Below, in pieces: positions 25,630 to 37,739 of a DNA stretch of 64,000 nt (the first letter of the stretch is position 1; each line of letters begins with the position of its first letter). A program made the position numbers and the translations under genes. The stretch covers positions 9,186 through 73,185 of the forward strand of contig CAIMWO010000057.1 in assembly GCA_903845195.1 (NCBI GenBank), given 5' to 3'. The notes under the pieces are model-generated. The model ran no database searches and was not told the DNA's origin. It was given only the letters and a program-made list of their open reading frames with translations. The DNA is from an uncultured Phycisphaerales bacterium (GTDB taxonomy: Bacteria > Planctomycetota > Phycisphaerae > WQYP01).

Positions 25630-26319
25630 TTGGATGTTCTCTTTATGGCCATTGAGGGCCGATTGGAGTTTAACGTGAGCGCCAACCCAGATATTCCTCC
25701 CTCAGCGTCAACGCCTGTGCCCGGATCATCTCCGGTGAACGGATCGCCTGCGCCCAAGGACGTTTACACGACGGGCGAAGCCGCGGAAGTCTGCAAGGTT
25801 TCGCAACAGACCATTATCCGGTGCTTTGATGCCGGCAGATTGACCGGTTTCCGTGTTCCAGGGTCGAAGTTCCGCCGCATTCCGCGCGATGCGCTGGTCA
25901 GGTTCATGAAAGAAAACGGCATCCCGCTGGACAACCTGGAGTCCGGACGCCGCAAGGTGCTGGTCGTCGATGACGATGCCGAGATCGTGGAGCTTTTCGT
26001 GGACGTGCTCACCCGGGATGGCCGCTTTGAGGTGAAGACCGCCGCCACGGGCTATGACGCCGGGGTGCTGACGCAGGAATTCAACCCGGATTTGATGATC
26101 CTGGATTACATGCTGCCGGACATCAACGGCAACGTGGTGTGCCAGACGGTGCGTACGAATCCCAAGTTCGAGCAGATGAAGATCATCATTGTGTCGGGCG
26201 TCGTCAACCAGGAGGAGATCAACGAACTGCTCCAGGCCGGTGCCGATGAGTTCGTCAAGAAACCGTTCAATATCGAGAAACTGATTGAACGGATGAGCGA
26301 ACTGCTTCAGTTGACCTGA
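25630..26319 (+). CDS. Response regulator with N-terminal excisionase/MerR-type HTH and C-terminal receiver
   Basis: YTTGEAAEVCKVSQQTIIRCFDAGRL is the HTH. The receiver has VLVVDDD, MILDYMLPDING, IIVSG and FVKKPF (all canonical residues). A possible GTG start at 25675 has GGAG upstream. Confidence 0.8.
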   Translation: MDVLFMAIEGRLEFNVSANPDIPPSASTPVPGSSPVNGSPAPKDVYTTGEAAEVCKVSQQTIIRCFDAGRLTGFRVPGSKFRRIPRDALVRFMKENGIPLDNLESGRRKVLVVDDDAEIVELFVDVLTRDGRFEVKTAATGYDAGVLTQEFNPDLMILDYMLPDINGNVVCQTVRTNPKFEQMKIIIVSGVVNQEEINELLQAGADEFVKKPFNIEKLIERMSELLQLT

Positions 26320-26378
26320 GTGTCACCGGGATGACGTACTTTCACACGACGGATCGCAAGAGAGGCATTGAGGCCTGA

Positions 26379-28733
26379 ATGACCCGAGTGGCGGCCAATT
26401 CTCCTACCAGTCCCGCGCCTAGCGGCGGAGCGGATGAGATCAAGACCCGCAAGGTCGAGCTGGTCCTGCAGCAGTTGGACAGTCTTCCGACGCTGCCGGC
26501 GATCGCCATGCGCCTGCTCACGCTGACGGGGAACCCGGAAGCGAAGATCCAGGAAGTGGTGTCGCTGCTGTCGGCAGATCAATCGCTGACCAGCAAATTG
26601 CTTTCACTGGCTTCCAGTTCGGCCAGCGGCGTGCGCACGTCAATTACCAGCGTGCAGCAGGCTGTGGTGATGCTGGGCTTTGAAACGCTGCGGAACCTGG
26701 TGCTTTCGCTGAAGGTGTTCGAGGTTTTTCAGAACGCCGAAGACCAGGGTCAGGAACAGTTTGAATCGGCCTTCAACCGGGCGGAATTCTGGAAGCATTC
26801 GCTGGCCGTGGCGACCGCGGCGGAAATGCTGGCGGGGCGCTGCAAAACCAAACTCAACATTCATGATGCGTTCGTCTGCGGGCTGCTGCACGACATTGGC
26901 AAGGTTGCTTTCGACACCGCGATGCCCAAGAGCTTTTCGCGCGTCGTCGAGGCGGCGGTGCTGACCCGCGGCGACGTTGCGGATATCGAACGCCGCATCA
27001 TCGGCCTCGATCATGCGCTGGCCGGGAAACGGCTGGCGGAAGCGTGGAATCTTCCGCAGCTGATCACGCAGGTCATGTGGCTGCACGGATCGCCACCGCC
27101 GGCGTCGCCGTCGTCGGCCAAGCAGGGGGTGATCAATCCTCAGATGGTGCTGGTGGTGGGCCTGGCGGACATGCTGGTTCGCCGGCAGCACATCGGTTTT
27201 TCAGGCAATTTTCTCTTTCCCTACGACACCGCACAGTTCACCCAGCCGCTGGGACTGAGCGAGCACGACATCCACGAAGTCACCAGCCAGCTTACGGAAG
27301 CGCTGGAAGTTCGGGCCCGCGCGATCGGCCTTTACGATGTGGAATCGAAGCAGTTGTATCTGCAGTCGATCGCCAACGCCAACGCGGAACTGGGCCGGGT
27401 GAATCAGCAATTGGCCATGCAGAATCGCAAGCTGGGCGCGCGGAGCACGTGCTTCGAAATGATGACCGGTTTTTATCAGCGGATCGTTCCGTCGGCCAGT
27501 CCGGCGCAACTGCTCATGGAGATCGGCAACGTCGCACACCAGTTTCTGGATTCGCACAAGCTCGTTCTTTTCTCACAGGATCCCGACCAGGCGGTCGGCG
27601 AGGTCCTGCAGTTCGATCCCACAGCCGGCGGGCACGACAGCTTTCTCATGAATATGCCGGCGCATGCGGGTGATCAGCGTGTCGGCCGCGTCAACCAGAA
27701 TTTCACGCGCCCGGCGAGTCCGCAACTCGACTGGCTGCTGGAGCGGGTGCAGCAATTCCTCGGCACCAACAACTGCTGGTTCATGCCGCTGCTTTGTGGC
27801 GGCGAAGGGGTCGGCGGCGTGGTCTGGGTGGCCAAGGAGACCGGCAATTCGATGACCGGTCTGGCCGACCTGGTGCTCGTCAGCCAGGCATGGGGGATGA
27901 CGCTTCGCACGGCGCAGGTGCGCGAGCAGCAGAATATTCTTACCGAGTCGCTGGCGGGGGCCAATCGCGAACTGGGCACGCTGCAACAGCAACTGGTCCG
28001 GGTCAAGAGCCTTTCGGGGCTGGGTGAAATGGCGGCCGGGGCAGCGCACGAGATGAACAACCCGCTGGCCGTGGTCTGCGGGCGCGCCCAGTTGCTGGCG
28101 TCGAAACTCTCCGATCCGCAACTCAAGCAGGAAGCGAGTCTCATTGCCCAGCAGGGGGATCGGCTCAGCCAGATCATTACTGACATGATGGAGTTCGCCA
28201 AGCCGCACCATCCGGTTTACGGCCCGCTGAATATTGCGACGATTGTCGAGCAGTCCATTGCTGACGCGCGGGAGCATGCCGGAGGGGTGAATCAGGACAC
28301 GCCGGTGCAGTGCGAAACCGCCGCCAATCTTCCCACGGCGCTGGGCGATGCCAAGCAGATTCGCAGCGCCATTACCGAAGTGGTGATCAACGCGATTCAG
28401 GCGTCCAAGGCCGCCCTGCACGCGAAGGGCAAGCTCATTGAGGGAACTGCAGCCGGCGGCGAAGTGCTCGTGCAGACGCGATTTGACGCGCTGGACAACC
28501 AGATGATCGTCCAGGTTACCGATCATGGCATCGGCATGAGTGAAGAAACGATGCGTCATGCGTTCAGCCCATTCTTCTCCATGAAGACTGCGGGCCGGCA
28601 ACGCGGCATGGGGTTGGCCAAGGCTCTGCGCTGGATCGAAAACCATGGGGGAACGATCCGTCTCGACTCGATCCTGGGCGGCGGCACGACGGCCGTCATC
28701 ATCTTCCCGCTCAACGGCTCTTCCGAACACTGA
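26379..28733 (+). CDS. HDOD-domain sensor histidine kinase
   Basis: N-terminal HDOD pattern (LPTLPAIAMRLL...LSADQSLTSKLL...LLHDIGK), a middle region of about 300 aa with unknown fold, HisKA (AAHEMNNPL) and HATPase_c (DHGIGM...GMGLA). Confidence 0.8.
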   Translation: MTRVAANSPTSPAPSGGADEIKTRKVELVLQQLDSLPTLPAIAMRLLTLTGNPEAKIQEVVSLLSADQSLTSKLLSLASSSASGVRTSITSVQQAVVMLGFETLRNLVLSLKVFEVFQNAEDQGQEQFESAFNRAEFWKHSLAVATAAEMLAGRCKTKLNIHDAFVCGLLHDIGKVAFDTAMPKSFSRVVEAAVLTRGDVADIERRIIGLDHALAGKRLAEAWNLPQLITQVMWLHGSPPPASPSSAKQGVINPQMVLVVGLADMLVRRQHIGFSGNFLFPYDTAQFTQPLGLSEHDIHEVTSQLTEALEVRARAIGLYDVESKQLYLQSIANANAELGRVNQQLAMQNRKLGARSTCFEMMTGFYQRIVPSASPAQLLMEIGNVAHQFLDSHKLVLFSQDPDQAVGEVLQFDPTAGGHDSFLMNMPAHAGDQRVGRVNQNFTRPASPQLDWLLERVQQFLGTNNCWFMPLLCGGEGVGGVVWVAKETGNSMTGLADLVLVSQAWGMTLRTAQVREQQNILTESLAGANRELGTLQQQLVRVKSLSGLGEMAAGAAHEMNNPLAVVCGRAQLLASKLSDPQLKQEASLIAQQGDRLSQIITDMMEFAKPHHPVYGPLNIATIVEQSIADAREHAGGVNQDTPVQCETAANLPTALGDAKQIRSAITEVVINAIQASKAALHAKGKLIEGTAAGGEVLVQTRFDALDNQMIVQVTDHGIGMSEETMRHAFSPFFSMKTAGRQRGMGLAKALRWIENHGGTIRLDSILGGGTTAVIIFPLNGSSEH

Positions 28734-29048
28734 CCATCGGCGTCGGCACGCCATTGTGCGATCAGCCGAATTCCTCCTTCTCCGACATTCCTATAAAGCC
28801 CTGGGTGTACGCCCGAGAAAATGCGCTCTTCAGCCGGGGGCGTTGCCGCACAATATCGGCCTGCGCAAAGCCCGCGCGTCGCATATTTCAATTGCCATTT
28901 GTCAAGCGGAATCTGGCGTATTCCCACCCAAGCACCCGCGGAAACGCGACGATAACCAATGGCAGGCATACGTCAGTGCATGGTGATTGCGGTTCGTCCG
29001 CAGCGCCATGGAGAGAGAGTGATTGTCGATACCCAGTAGGAGGCGTGG

Positions 29049-30116
29049 ATGAAGTGGAGCTTTGAATCAAAAGTCCGCACAGGATCGTGGGATGTCCTGG
29101 TTGTGGATGCCGATCCGGCTACCGGTGATATCGTCCGCCAGGGCTGCCAAACGGTGGCGGGCAAGGTGCGGATCGCCACCAGCGTCGATCAGGCTGCCGC
29201 CGAGATGACGCGTCGCCCGGCCGACCTGCTTCTGGTAAACGTGCAAATCAACGATAACGCCGGGCTGGAACTCCTGCGCAGTCTGCGCAAGAAATATCCG
29301 GGCACCGAGGCGATTGCCGTGTCGCGGGTACGCCGCTCGGAGTTGTGCCTGGATGCTTGGCGTGCCGGGGCCGCCGACATGATCGTTGGCCCGGTGACGG
29401 TGGAGGAAGTGCAGCGCTCGGTCGAAGAGGTGGCGCACAAGCGTCATGGCGTCGAGCGGCTTCTGGCGCGGAATGTCCGTCTGCGTCAAACCTGCCGGCG
29501 GCTCAACAAGGCGCGCCACGAGATTTCGCAGCAGGTCGATCTGCTGTGCAACGATCTGGTCCGCGCGTATCAGGAAATGGCGCAGCAGCTCAATTTTACG
29601 CAAGTCACGACAGAATATGCCGCGATGGTCGAGGACGAACTCGAAGTCGAAGGCGTGCTCCGCAAGACGATGGAATGGGTGCTGAAGAAGCTTGGCCCGA
29701 TCAACGCGGCGGTCTATCTTCCCGATGCCGAGCACAAGTTTGCGCTGGGCGCGTACCTGAATCTCGACACCCAGGCCGACGCCGAGCTGATCAGTGCGGT
29801 CGGTGAAACGCTGGTGCGGGAGGCCGACGCTTCGGGACGTTCGATTCACATGGAGAACGACCAGCAGTTGCTGGAGCATTTCGGCGAACAATCCGCGGCC
29901 TTGAGAGGTCGTGCCTGGTTTGCGGCAGGCTGTTTCACAAAGCGGGAATGCCTGGCGGTGATGGTCATCTTCCGTCGTCAGGGAGAACCTCTCGATGCCC
30001 ATCTGAAAATGCCTATTGAGTCCGCCTGCCCGTTGCTAGCGGAAAAAATTGAGCAGGCTTTGGAGCTTTACAACCGATTGAACCCCATGGAAGATGATGA
30101 CCCCACCGAGTCATGA
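29049..30116 (+). CDS. Receiver-like (probably pseudo-receiver) protein with a GAF-like C-terminal half
   Basis: A REC fold is recognisable (VLVVDAD...LLLVNVQINDNAG...AIAVS), but the phospho-acceptor position reads N and the conserved Lys position reads G (IVGPV). AGGAGG lies upstream of the ATG. Confidence 0.6.
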   Translation: MKWSFESKVRTGSWDVLVVDADPATGDIVRQGCQTVAGKVRIATSVDQAAAEMTRRPADLLLVNVQINDNAGLELLRSLRKKYPGTEAIAVSRVRRSELCLDAWRAGAADMIVGPVTVEEVQRSVEEVAHKRHGVERLLARNVRLRQTCRRLNKARHEISQQVDLLCNDLVRAYQEMAQQLNFTQVTTEYAAMVEDELEVEGVLRKTMEWVLKKLGPINAAVYLPDAEHKFALGAYLNLDTQADAELISAVGETLVREADASGRSIHMENDQQLLEHFGEQSAALRGRAWFAAGCFTKRECLAVMVIFRRQGEPLDAHLKMPIESACPLLAEKIEQALELYNRLNPMEDDDPTES

Positions 30117-30239
30117 CCCTGGAATAGTTCTCAGGCTCCGGAGTAGAGGTCACGGGCTGAAAGCCAACAGGCGGCTGCGTTTCCGTCTACTCTTTTGTTA
30201 TGACTCCGGCATCCGGCACGCTATTATGAACGTATTCGT

Positions 30240-31685
30240 GTGGGAATCAGAGGCTCAGAGGCAGTGATGACAATCCTCGGCGCAACCAGTTTCACGTTCT
30301 CCATGATCCTGCAGCCCTACATGCCGGTATTCTACGTGTCGTTTCTCGTCACGTTGATCCTCACGCCCATGATGCGTCTGCTGGCGCATCGCCACGGCAT
30401 CGTCGACGATCCGGATGGCAAGAGAAAAGTCCATACCCAGCCGATCGCATATTTGGGTGGCGTGTCGATCTTTCTCGGCTGGCTCGCGGGGGTCTCGATT
30501 TCGGTCTTTCTGCGTCCGCACAATGCCGAGCAGATCGCCCAGAGCTACGTGCAGATTCCGCCGGGCATACTGCTCGGAGCGGCCATCATCGTGCTCTTCG
30601 GATTGATGGACGATGTGTACTCGCTGTCGCCCAAGATTAAACTCGTCGGGCAGCTCCTGGCCGCGATGTTCCTGATTCTGCCGGGCGCTATTCACATTGG
30701 TTCGGACTATTTCCTCGGCATCGGCGGCGGGACCGGCGAAGGACCCTCGCAATCCGGCGCCGCATGGATGTTCATCATGCCGTTGCAGCACTATGGGATA
30801 TTCGGAAGCATCGGCCAGATGGATCCGCAGATGCAGCACTGGCTGATTCTGGGGGCTTCCAGTTTTTCCTGTCTGTTCGCGGTTTTCGTGATCATTGCGG
30901 CCTCGAACGCGACCAATCTTCTCGACGGGCTGGATGGTCTGTGCTCCGGGGTGACGGGCGTCATGTCGGTCGGCTACCTGATCCTGGCGGTTTACCTGGC
31001 GTACAAGGTGATCGGCACCGACGGCGGATCGCCGCTCGACCCCACCCGCATTACGCTTTCGCTGGCCCTGCTGGGCGCCGTCATGGGCTTCCTGCCGTTC
31101 AATTTCAATCCTGCATCAATTTTCATGGGGGATACCGGCTCCATGTTCCTCGGCTACATCTGCGGCACGATGATGCTGCTCTTCGCCCAGAACGGTACGA
31201 TCCGCTGGTTCCTCTCGGCGATCATCATGTTCGGCCTGCCCATGCTCGATACCTTCCTGGCCATCGTGCGGCGCAAGCTCAACGGCAAGCCGATTTTTTC
31301 GCCGGATTCCAATCACTTTCACCACTTCCTGATCCGCCGCGGATTGTCGGTGCGCCAGGCGGTGCTGCTGAGTTACGCGGTTGCGGCGGTGTTTGTCAGT
31401 TTCGCGCTGGTCATCGTTATCGTTCCGACGCGCATGGCGATCGGGCTGTACCTGGTGCTGTTCGGGTGGATCATCGTCAGTGCCTTCAAGATGGGCATGA
31501 TCTTTCAGAACGCCACGGTTGTGGCGTCAAACAACAGCATCAATGCGGCCGTCATGGGTACCACGGTCGCCAACAATGAGCCGCTGCATACCGCCGACAA
31601 GCCCAACCTCCCACCGGACAGCGGCGCCCTGAATGGCATCGACGGCCCGGTTCCCGATGCGGTCAAGAAACGAACGTTTTCCTAA
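30240..31685 (+). CDS. Polyprenyl-phosphate N-acetylhexosamine-1-phosphate transferase (GT4, WecA/MraY family)
   Basis: MDDVYSLSP, NATNLLDGLDGL, FMGDTGSMFLGY and about 10-11 TM segments. An alternative ATG lies at 30267. Confidence 0.8.
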   Translation: MGIRGSEAVMTILGATSFTFSMILQPYMPVFYVSFLVTLILTPMMRLLAHRHGIVDDPDGKRKVHTQPIAYLGGVSIFLGWLAGVSISVFLRPHNAEQIAQSYVQIPPGILLGAAIIVLFGLMDDVYSLSPKIKLVGQLLAAMFLILPGAIHIGSDYFLGIGGGTGEGPSQSGAAWMFIMPLQHYGIFGSIGQMDPQMQHWLILGASSFSCLFAVFVIIAASNATNLLDGLDGLCSGVTGVMSVGYLILAVYLAYKVIGTDGGSPLDPTRITLSLALLGAVMGFLPFNFNPASIFMGDTGSMFLGYICGTMMLLFAQNGTIRWFLSAIIMFGLPMLDTFLAIVRRKLNGKPIFSPDSNHFHHFLIRRGLSVRQAVLLSYAVAAVFVSFALVIVIVPTRMAIGLYLVLFGWIIVSAFKMGMIFQNATVVASNNSINAAVMGTTVANNEPLHTADKPNLPPDSGALNGIDGPVPDAVKKRTFS

Positions 31686-31782
31686 GCCCGCCATCCTTTC
31701 TGGCGTTCGATGGTTCAATGCTTTTCTGCCATTGTGCCGGGATCGCTTCGTGTCTTCGCCCCTTCGTGGTTAAACTATCTCC

Positions 31783-33795
31783 ATGGCCTCGTCTTCCGCC
31801 GACATATTTCAGACCGTTCGCGCCGCCGTCGACATTGTCGAAGTGATCGGCGAGCACGTGGCGCTGAAGAAAGCCGGGCGCGAGTTCAAAGGACTCTGTC
31901 CGTTTCACGATGACCACAAGCCGTCGATGGCGGTCGTTCCCCACAAACAGATTTTTCACTGCTTCGTCTGCGGCACGGGCGGCGATGTCTTCAAGTTCGT
32001 CAAGGAATATCACAAGATGGGCAACGGCGAGGCCCTGCGCTTCCTCGCACAGCGCGCCGGCATCGCCCTTCCGGAGCTCCCACGCAGCGGTTACGGCGGG
32101 GGGGCACAGAAGGAAGGCCCCAGCATCCGCGAGCAGATCGCCCAGCTCAACGAGACGGCCTGCCAGTTTTTTCAGAAACATCTCCGCTCGCCGCAAGGCA
32201 AAGCGGGACTCGATTACCTCCACTCTCGCGGCCTCACCGATGAAACCATCGATAAATTTCGTCTCGGCATGTCACCGGACTCGTGGACCGGCTTTGCCAC
32301 CCACGCCTTGCGTCTGGGTATCACGGGCGATCAACTCGAAGCCGGGGGCCTGGCCAAGAAACGACAGGATGGCTCCGCCTACGACGTCTTTCGCAACCGC
32401 GTCATCTTCCCCATCATCGACTCCACCAACCGCGTCATCGCGTTCGGCGGGCGCATCCTCGTCGAAAAACGCGATGAGCAGGGCGTCGTCGTCGATGCCA
32501 AATACCTCAACACGCCGGAAACGCGTCTCTTCAACAAGTCCGAATCCATCTACGGGCTCAATCACGCCCGGCAGCATATCGTTCGCGCCCGCACGGCCGT
32601 GGTTGTCGAAGGGTACATGGATGTCATCGCGTGCCATCAGGCCGGCGTCGGGAATGTCATCGCCACACTGGGCACCGCGCTGACGCAGGAACACGCGCGG
32701 ATGCTCAAGAATTACGCGCAAACTATCGTCCTCATTTTCGATTCCGATGATGCGGGTTTCCGCGCTGCGGATCGGGCACTTGAGGTTTTCATTCGCTCCC
32801 CCCTGGACATCAAACTGGCCTCCGTCCCGGATGGTAAAGATCCCTGCGATTTCTGTATGAAGAACGGCGGCGCTCCATTCCAAAAACTCATCGACACTTC
32901 GACCGATGCGCTGGTTTACCAATGGCAGCGCCTGCAGAAACAATTCAATGCCACCGACTCGCTCTCGGCCCGCCAGGATGCCACGAAGCAGTTCATGCGT
33001 TTCGTCGCCATCGCCATGGAAAGCGGCACCGGCAGTGCCGGTGGGGGAGGCAGCGGGGGCGAGATGGACCCCGTGCGGCGCGGACTGATGCTTTCCAAAA
33101 TTTCCAGCCTTGTGGGCATGCCGCTGGAAGATGTCAGTGAGATGCTCAAGCGGCTGGCCCGCGCAGAGCCGCAGCAGCGTGCGGCTTCCGTGTCCGCGTC
33201 AGACCCACCGGCTGCTTCCGGTTCGGTCCAGGCGCAGGCTGCTCCCTCCGAAGGCTACGCCACTCCGCCCGTTCAACACCTGCAGATTCGCAGGCTCAAG
33301 GGTGGTTCCGTTTCTGAAGCGTGGGTGCTCGGCGCACTGCTGGCGGATCCCAAACTCTTCGACCGTGTACGCGACCAGCTCGACGCCCAGCTCTTCGCCG
33401 TTGATTGCCTTCGTCCCATGGCGCTGGTCCTGATCGAATATCTCGAAAATGCTTCTGACTTGGGCGATTGCAGCCTCGCCGACTTCATTTCTCTGACCAA
33501 CAACCAGGAGTTAGTGCGGCAGGCCATCGAACTCGAAGCCTTCGCCAGCGATTGGCTCCAGGCCTCCGGCATTTCTCCCGCCAGCGAGAAACTCGTCAAA
33601 CAATTCCACGAAGACGCCGGCAAGGTGCTCGAGCATCCGCTCCTCGGCGGCTTGCGCGATCTCGTCCGCCGCGCTGAGGAATTCTCCCGTCCCACCACCC
33701 GCATCGAAGACCCTGCCGAGCTTCAGGCCTTTCTCGATCAAGCGCGGACCCGCAACCAGCAGGGCGGCGATCCCCGCCGCATCGGCGGTCGGTGA
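31783..33795 (+). CDS. dnaG: DNA primase
   Basis: Zinc-binding CPFHDDHKPSMAV...FHCFVCGTGGDVFKF and Toprim EGYMDVI...DSDDAG. Confidence 0.95.
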   Translation: MASSSADIFQTVRAAVDIVEVIGEHVALKKAGREFKGLCPFHDDHKPSMAVVPHKQIFHCFVCGTGGDVFKFVKEYHKMGNGEALRFLAQRAGIALPELPRSGYGGGAQKEGPSIREQIAQLNETACQFFQKHLRSPQGKAGLDYLHSRGLTDETIDKFRLGMSPDSWTGFATHALRLGITGDQLEAGGLAKKRQDGSAYDVFRNRVIFPIIDSTNRVIAFGGRILVEKRDEQGVVVDAKYLNTPETRLFNKSESIYGLNHARQHIVRARTAVVVEGYMDVIACHQAGVGNVIATLGTALTQEHARMLKNYAQTIVLIFDSDDAGFRAADRALEVFIRSPLDIKLASVPDGKDPCDFCMKNGGAPFQKLIDTSTDALVYQWQRLQKQFNATDSLSARQDATKQFMRFVAIAMESGTGSAGGGGSGGEMDPVRRGLMLSKISSLVGMPLEDVSEMLKRLARAEPQQRAASVSASDPPAASGSVQAQAAPSEGYATPPVQHLQIRRLKGGSVSEAWVLGALLADPKLFDRVRDQLDAQLFAVDCLRPMALVLIEYLENASDLGDCSLADFISLTNNQELVRQAIELEAFASDWLQASGISPASEKLVKQFHEDAGKVLEHPLLGGLRDLVRRAEEFSRPTTRIEDPAELQAFLDQARTRNQQGGDPRRIGGR

Positions 33796-33829
33796 GTAGC
33801 CTTACACGTTTTTAGAATAGGACCTTATT

Positions 33830-34774
33830 TTACTTTGCCGGCATCGTTGCGGCCGCATCGTCGTTGGCCTTCTGTGCCAGCAGATCATCAATGGCCTTGC
33901 TGAAAAGCTGCGATGTCAATGCCGAGACCTCCTTGTGCTGCTTGGCGGCGATCACCTCGAGCTGCCGATATTGCCGCACGGTCAGCGATTTCCAGACATC
34001 GAAGTTGACACCGCCGGGAATGTCGAGCCACACGTTTTCGGCCTTGTCCAACTGCTTCTCATCCATGCCGAAAGCTCGCAGGATACCTTTGGCCATCAGG
34101 AAATGTCCGCGAGCGTTGGGATGAACGCCGTCGGCAGTCAGCATCGAGCCTGGCTTGTTGCCTGCCTTCGTGGCGTCATTCAAGACGCCCAGAAAGTCCG
34201 CGTTGAGGTCCGCAAGGAGACAATTCTTCTGCTTGGCCAACTCGCGAAGAAAGGCGTTGTAGTCGATCAGCTTCTTGTTGTTGGGATTCGCCACGTCCTC
34301 GCCGATCACCGTCGCAGTCAGAATCATCACTTTGATTCCGGTGGCCTGCGCCTTGTCGACGATGGCCGTCATGTTTGTTTTGTATTTTTCGAGCGGCACA
34401 CCATTGTCGCCATGCCAGACGTCATTGACGCCGCAACTGACGAGCATCCAATCCGGCTTCTTGGCGATCACATCATGGTCCAGGCGGCCCAGCATGTCGT
34501 TCGATTTATGCCCTGACACTCCGGCCGGTACGACTTTGATTTTGATGTCATTGGTTTTCAATGCACTGGCCACGAGATTGACATAGCCCACCGGCGAAGA
34601 GACGCCGCCGGCCGTGATGGAATCCCCAAGGAATGCCACCGTCTCGCCATCTTTCACGACCACGTCTGCCCGCGATGCTCCTGCCGATCCGAGCAATAAA
34701 GCCGCGACTGCCGTCCAAGTGAAAAAGTTGAAATTGCGCACGATTCCTCCCAAGCAAAAGCAACAAAGGCACAC
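33830..34774 (-). CDS. SGNH/GDSL-family hydrolase (secreted)
   Basis: Blocks FLGDSITAGG, GVSG, NDVWHG and DGVHPN, plus an N-terminal signal-like helix. Confidence 0.8.
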   Translation of the reverse strand: MCLCCFCLGGIVRNFNFFTWTAVAALLLGSAGASRADVVVKDGETVAFLGDSITAGGVSSPVGYVNLVASALKTNDIKIKVVPAGVSGHKSNDMLGRLDHDVIAKKPDWMLVSCGVNDVWHGDNGVPLEKYKTNMTAIVDKAQATGIKVMILTATVIGEDVANPNNKKLIDYNAFLRELAKQKNCLLADLNADFLGVLNDATKAGNKPGSMLTADGVHPNARGHFLMAKGILRAFGMDEKQLDKAENVWLDIPGGVNFDVWKSLTVRQYRQLEVIAAKQHKEVSALTSQLFSKAIDDLLAQKANDDAAATMPAK

Positions 34775-35038
34775 TGAGTTGCCAATCGATCCCTGAACAA
34801 CGATGCCATCAAGGTGTTCTTACCTACATTTTGGCGAAAGAATTGAGGCATCAAGCATAGCAGTATCAGGTGGGCAATGGGGAATTGTAAATCATAATAG
34901 CGAATTTACATCTGTCTTGGATCGCAACGTTCATATCAAACGCGTTACCTAGCAATAGTAAGTCTCCGCGGTCGTTCTTTGAGGTGGCAAAAAGCCGACA
35001 CTGCAGGCGTCTGGTTCCAGCCGAATTTCCGGATGGTC

Positions 35039-35068
35039 TTGGCACAAAGTCATTTTGCGGTGTACAAT
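35039..35068 (+). promoter_or_regulatory. Candidate sigma-70 promoter for rpoD
   Basis: TTGGCA (35039-35044), an 18-nt spacer, then TACAAT (35063-35068). This implies a leader of about 310 nt. Confidence 0.3.
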
Positions 35069-35384
35069 AATGGGCTTGGTAAGGGGTTAAGTGCAGACAT
35101 CCCCTGAGACGAGTGGCGAGGTACGTCGCGTGGCGCGCCCACGAACATCGCGTTTATGAGGTTTGCACAAAACGGTGGTCCGAGAAGAACACTCGGCCCT
35201 GGTGAAGTAGTTCAATTACCGGCACAGTCTTTTGCCTGCTCGAGTGGTCGTCATGCGACGACGGGCCTGTTGGATTCGACGCGTTCGATCCCAGATGCCT
35301 TCTTCACTTCGATGCCGCGAAAGGTTGCCCCGGACATTGAGAAGTGCTGACGCAACCGCACAGCGCTTGGGTTTCGGAGGTCAT

Positions 35385-37214
<1,830 letters not shown>

Positions 37215-37292
37215 GCCGCTTCGTCAAGAAATCAGTGCAAATTATCCAGGACCCGCGTCGAAAGCCGCGGGTCCTTTCTTTTGGGGTGCGCA

Positions 37293-37739
37293 CTACCGTT
37301 CCACATGACCCAGATAGAAGGATAGCAGCAGGAAGAACAGCACGATGGCGGTGATCACGGCGAAACGGCGGTCCTTTTGGTAGATGAATGCGAGGATCGA
37401 TACGGCCACGCGCATCACCGGTGTGGCGATCAGCAGGATCAGGCCCAGAAGAATGTAGGATTCGCCGCGGAAATTTGCGATGCCTTTGCAGACATCCCCG
37501 AGGGTGTGTGGGAATGCGCGATCACGTTCGATAAACTGGTGATAGTCCGACGGGGCGTGCAAAAAGTCCGGGTGGTGGACAAAAAAGACGATGGTGCCGA
37601 AACAGATTATCGCGAAGCTGGTTCCCACGCCGACGCGCAGGAGGTTGCTGAGAAACAGTTCGACGCGACGGACTTTTCTCTCGGCTTCCGTCTCCACGTC
37701 GACCTGCGGTCCGGGAAAGTCATGAGTTGGGTGCGTCAT
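37293..37739 (-). CDS. DUF1634-domain membrane protein
   Basis: The pattern LLRVGV....I..G......H and LLGLILLIATPVMRV..S...F...D.RF fits the family. An ATGA start/stop overlap with the upstream TauE gene suggests translational coupling. Confidence 0.7.
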   Translation of the reverse strand: MTHPTHDFPGPQVDVETEAERKVRRVELFLSNLLRVGVGTSFAIICFGTIVFFVHHPDFLHAPSDYHQFIERDRAFPHTLGDVCKGIANFRGESYILLGLILLIATPVMRVAVSILAFIYQKDRRFAVITAIVLFFLLLSFYLGHVER

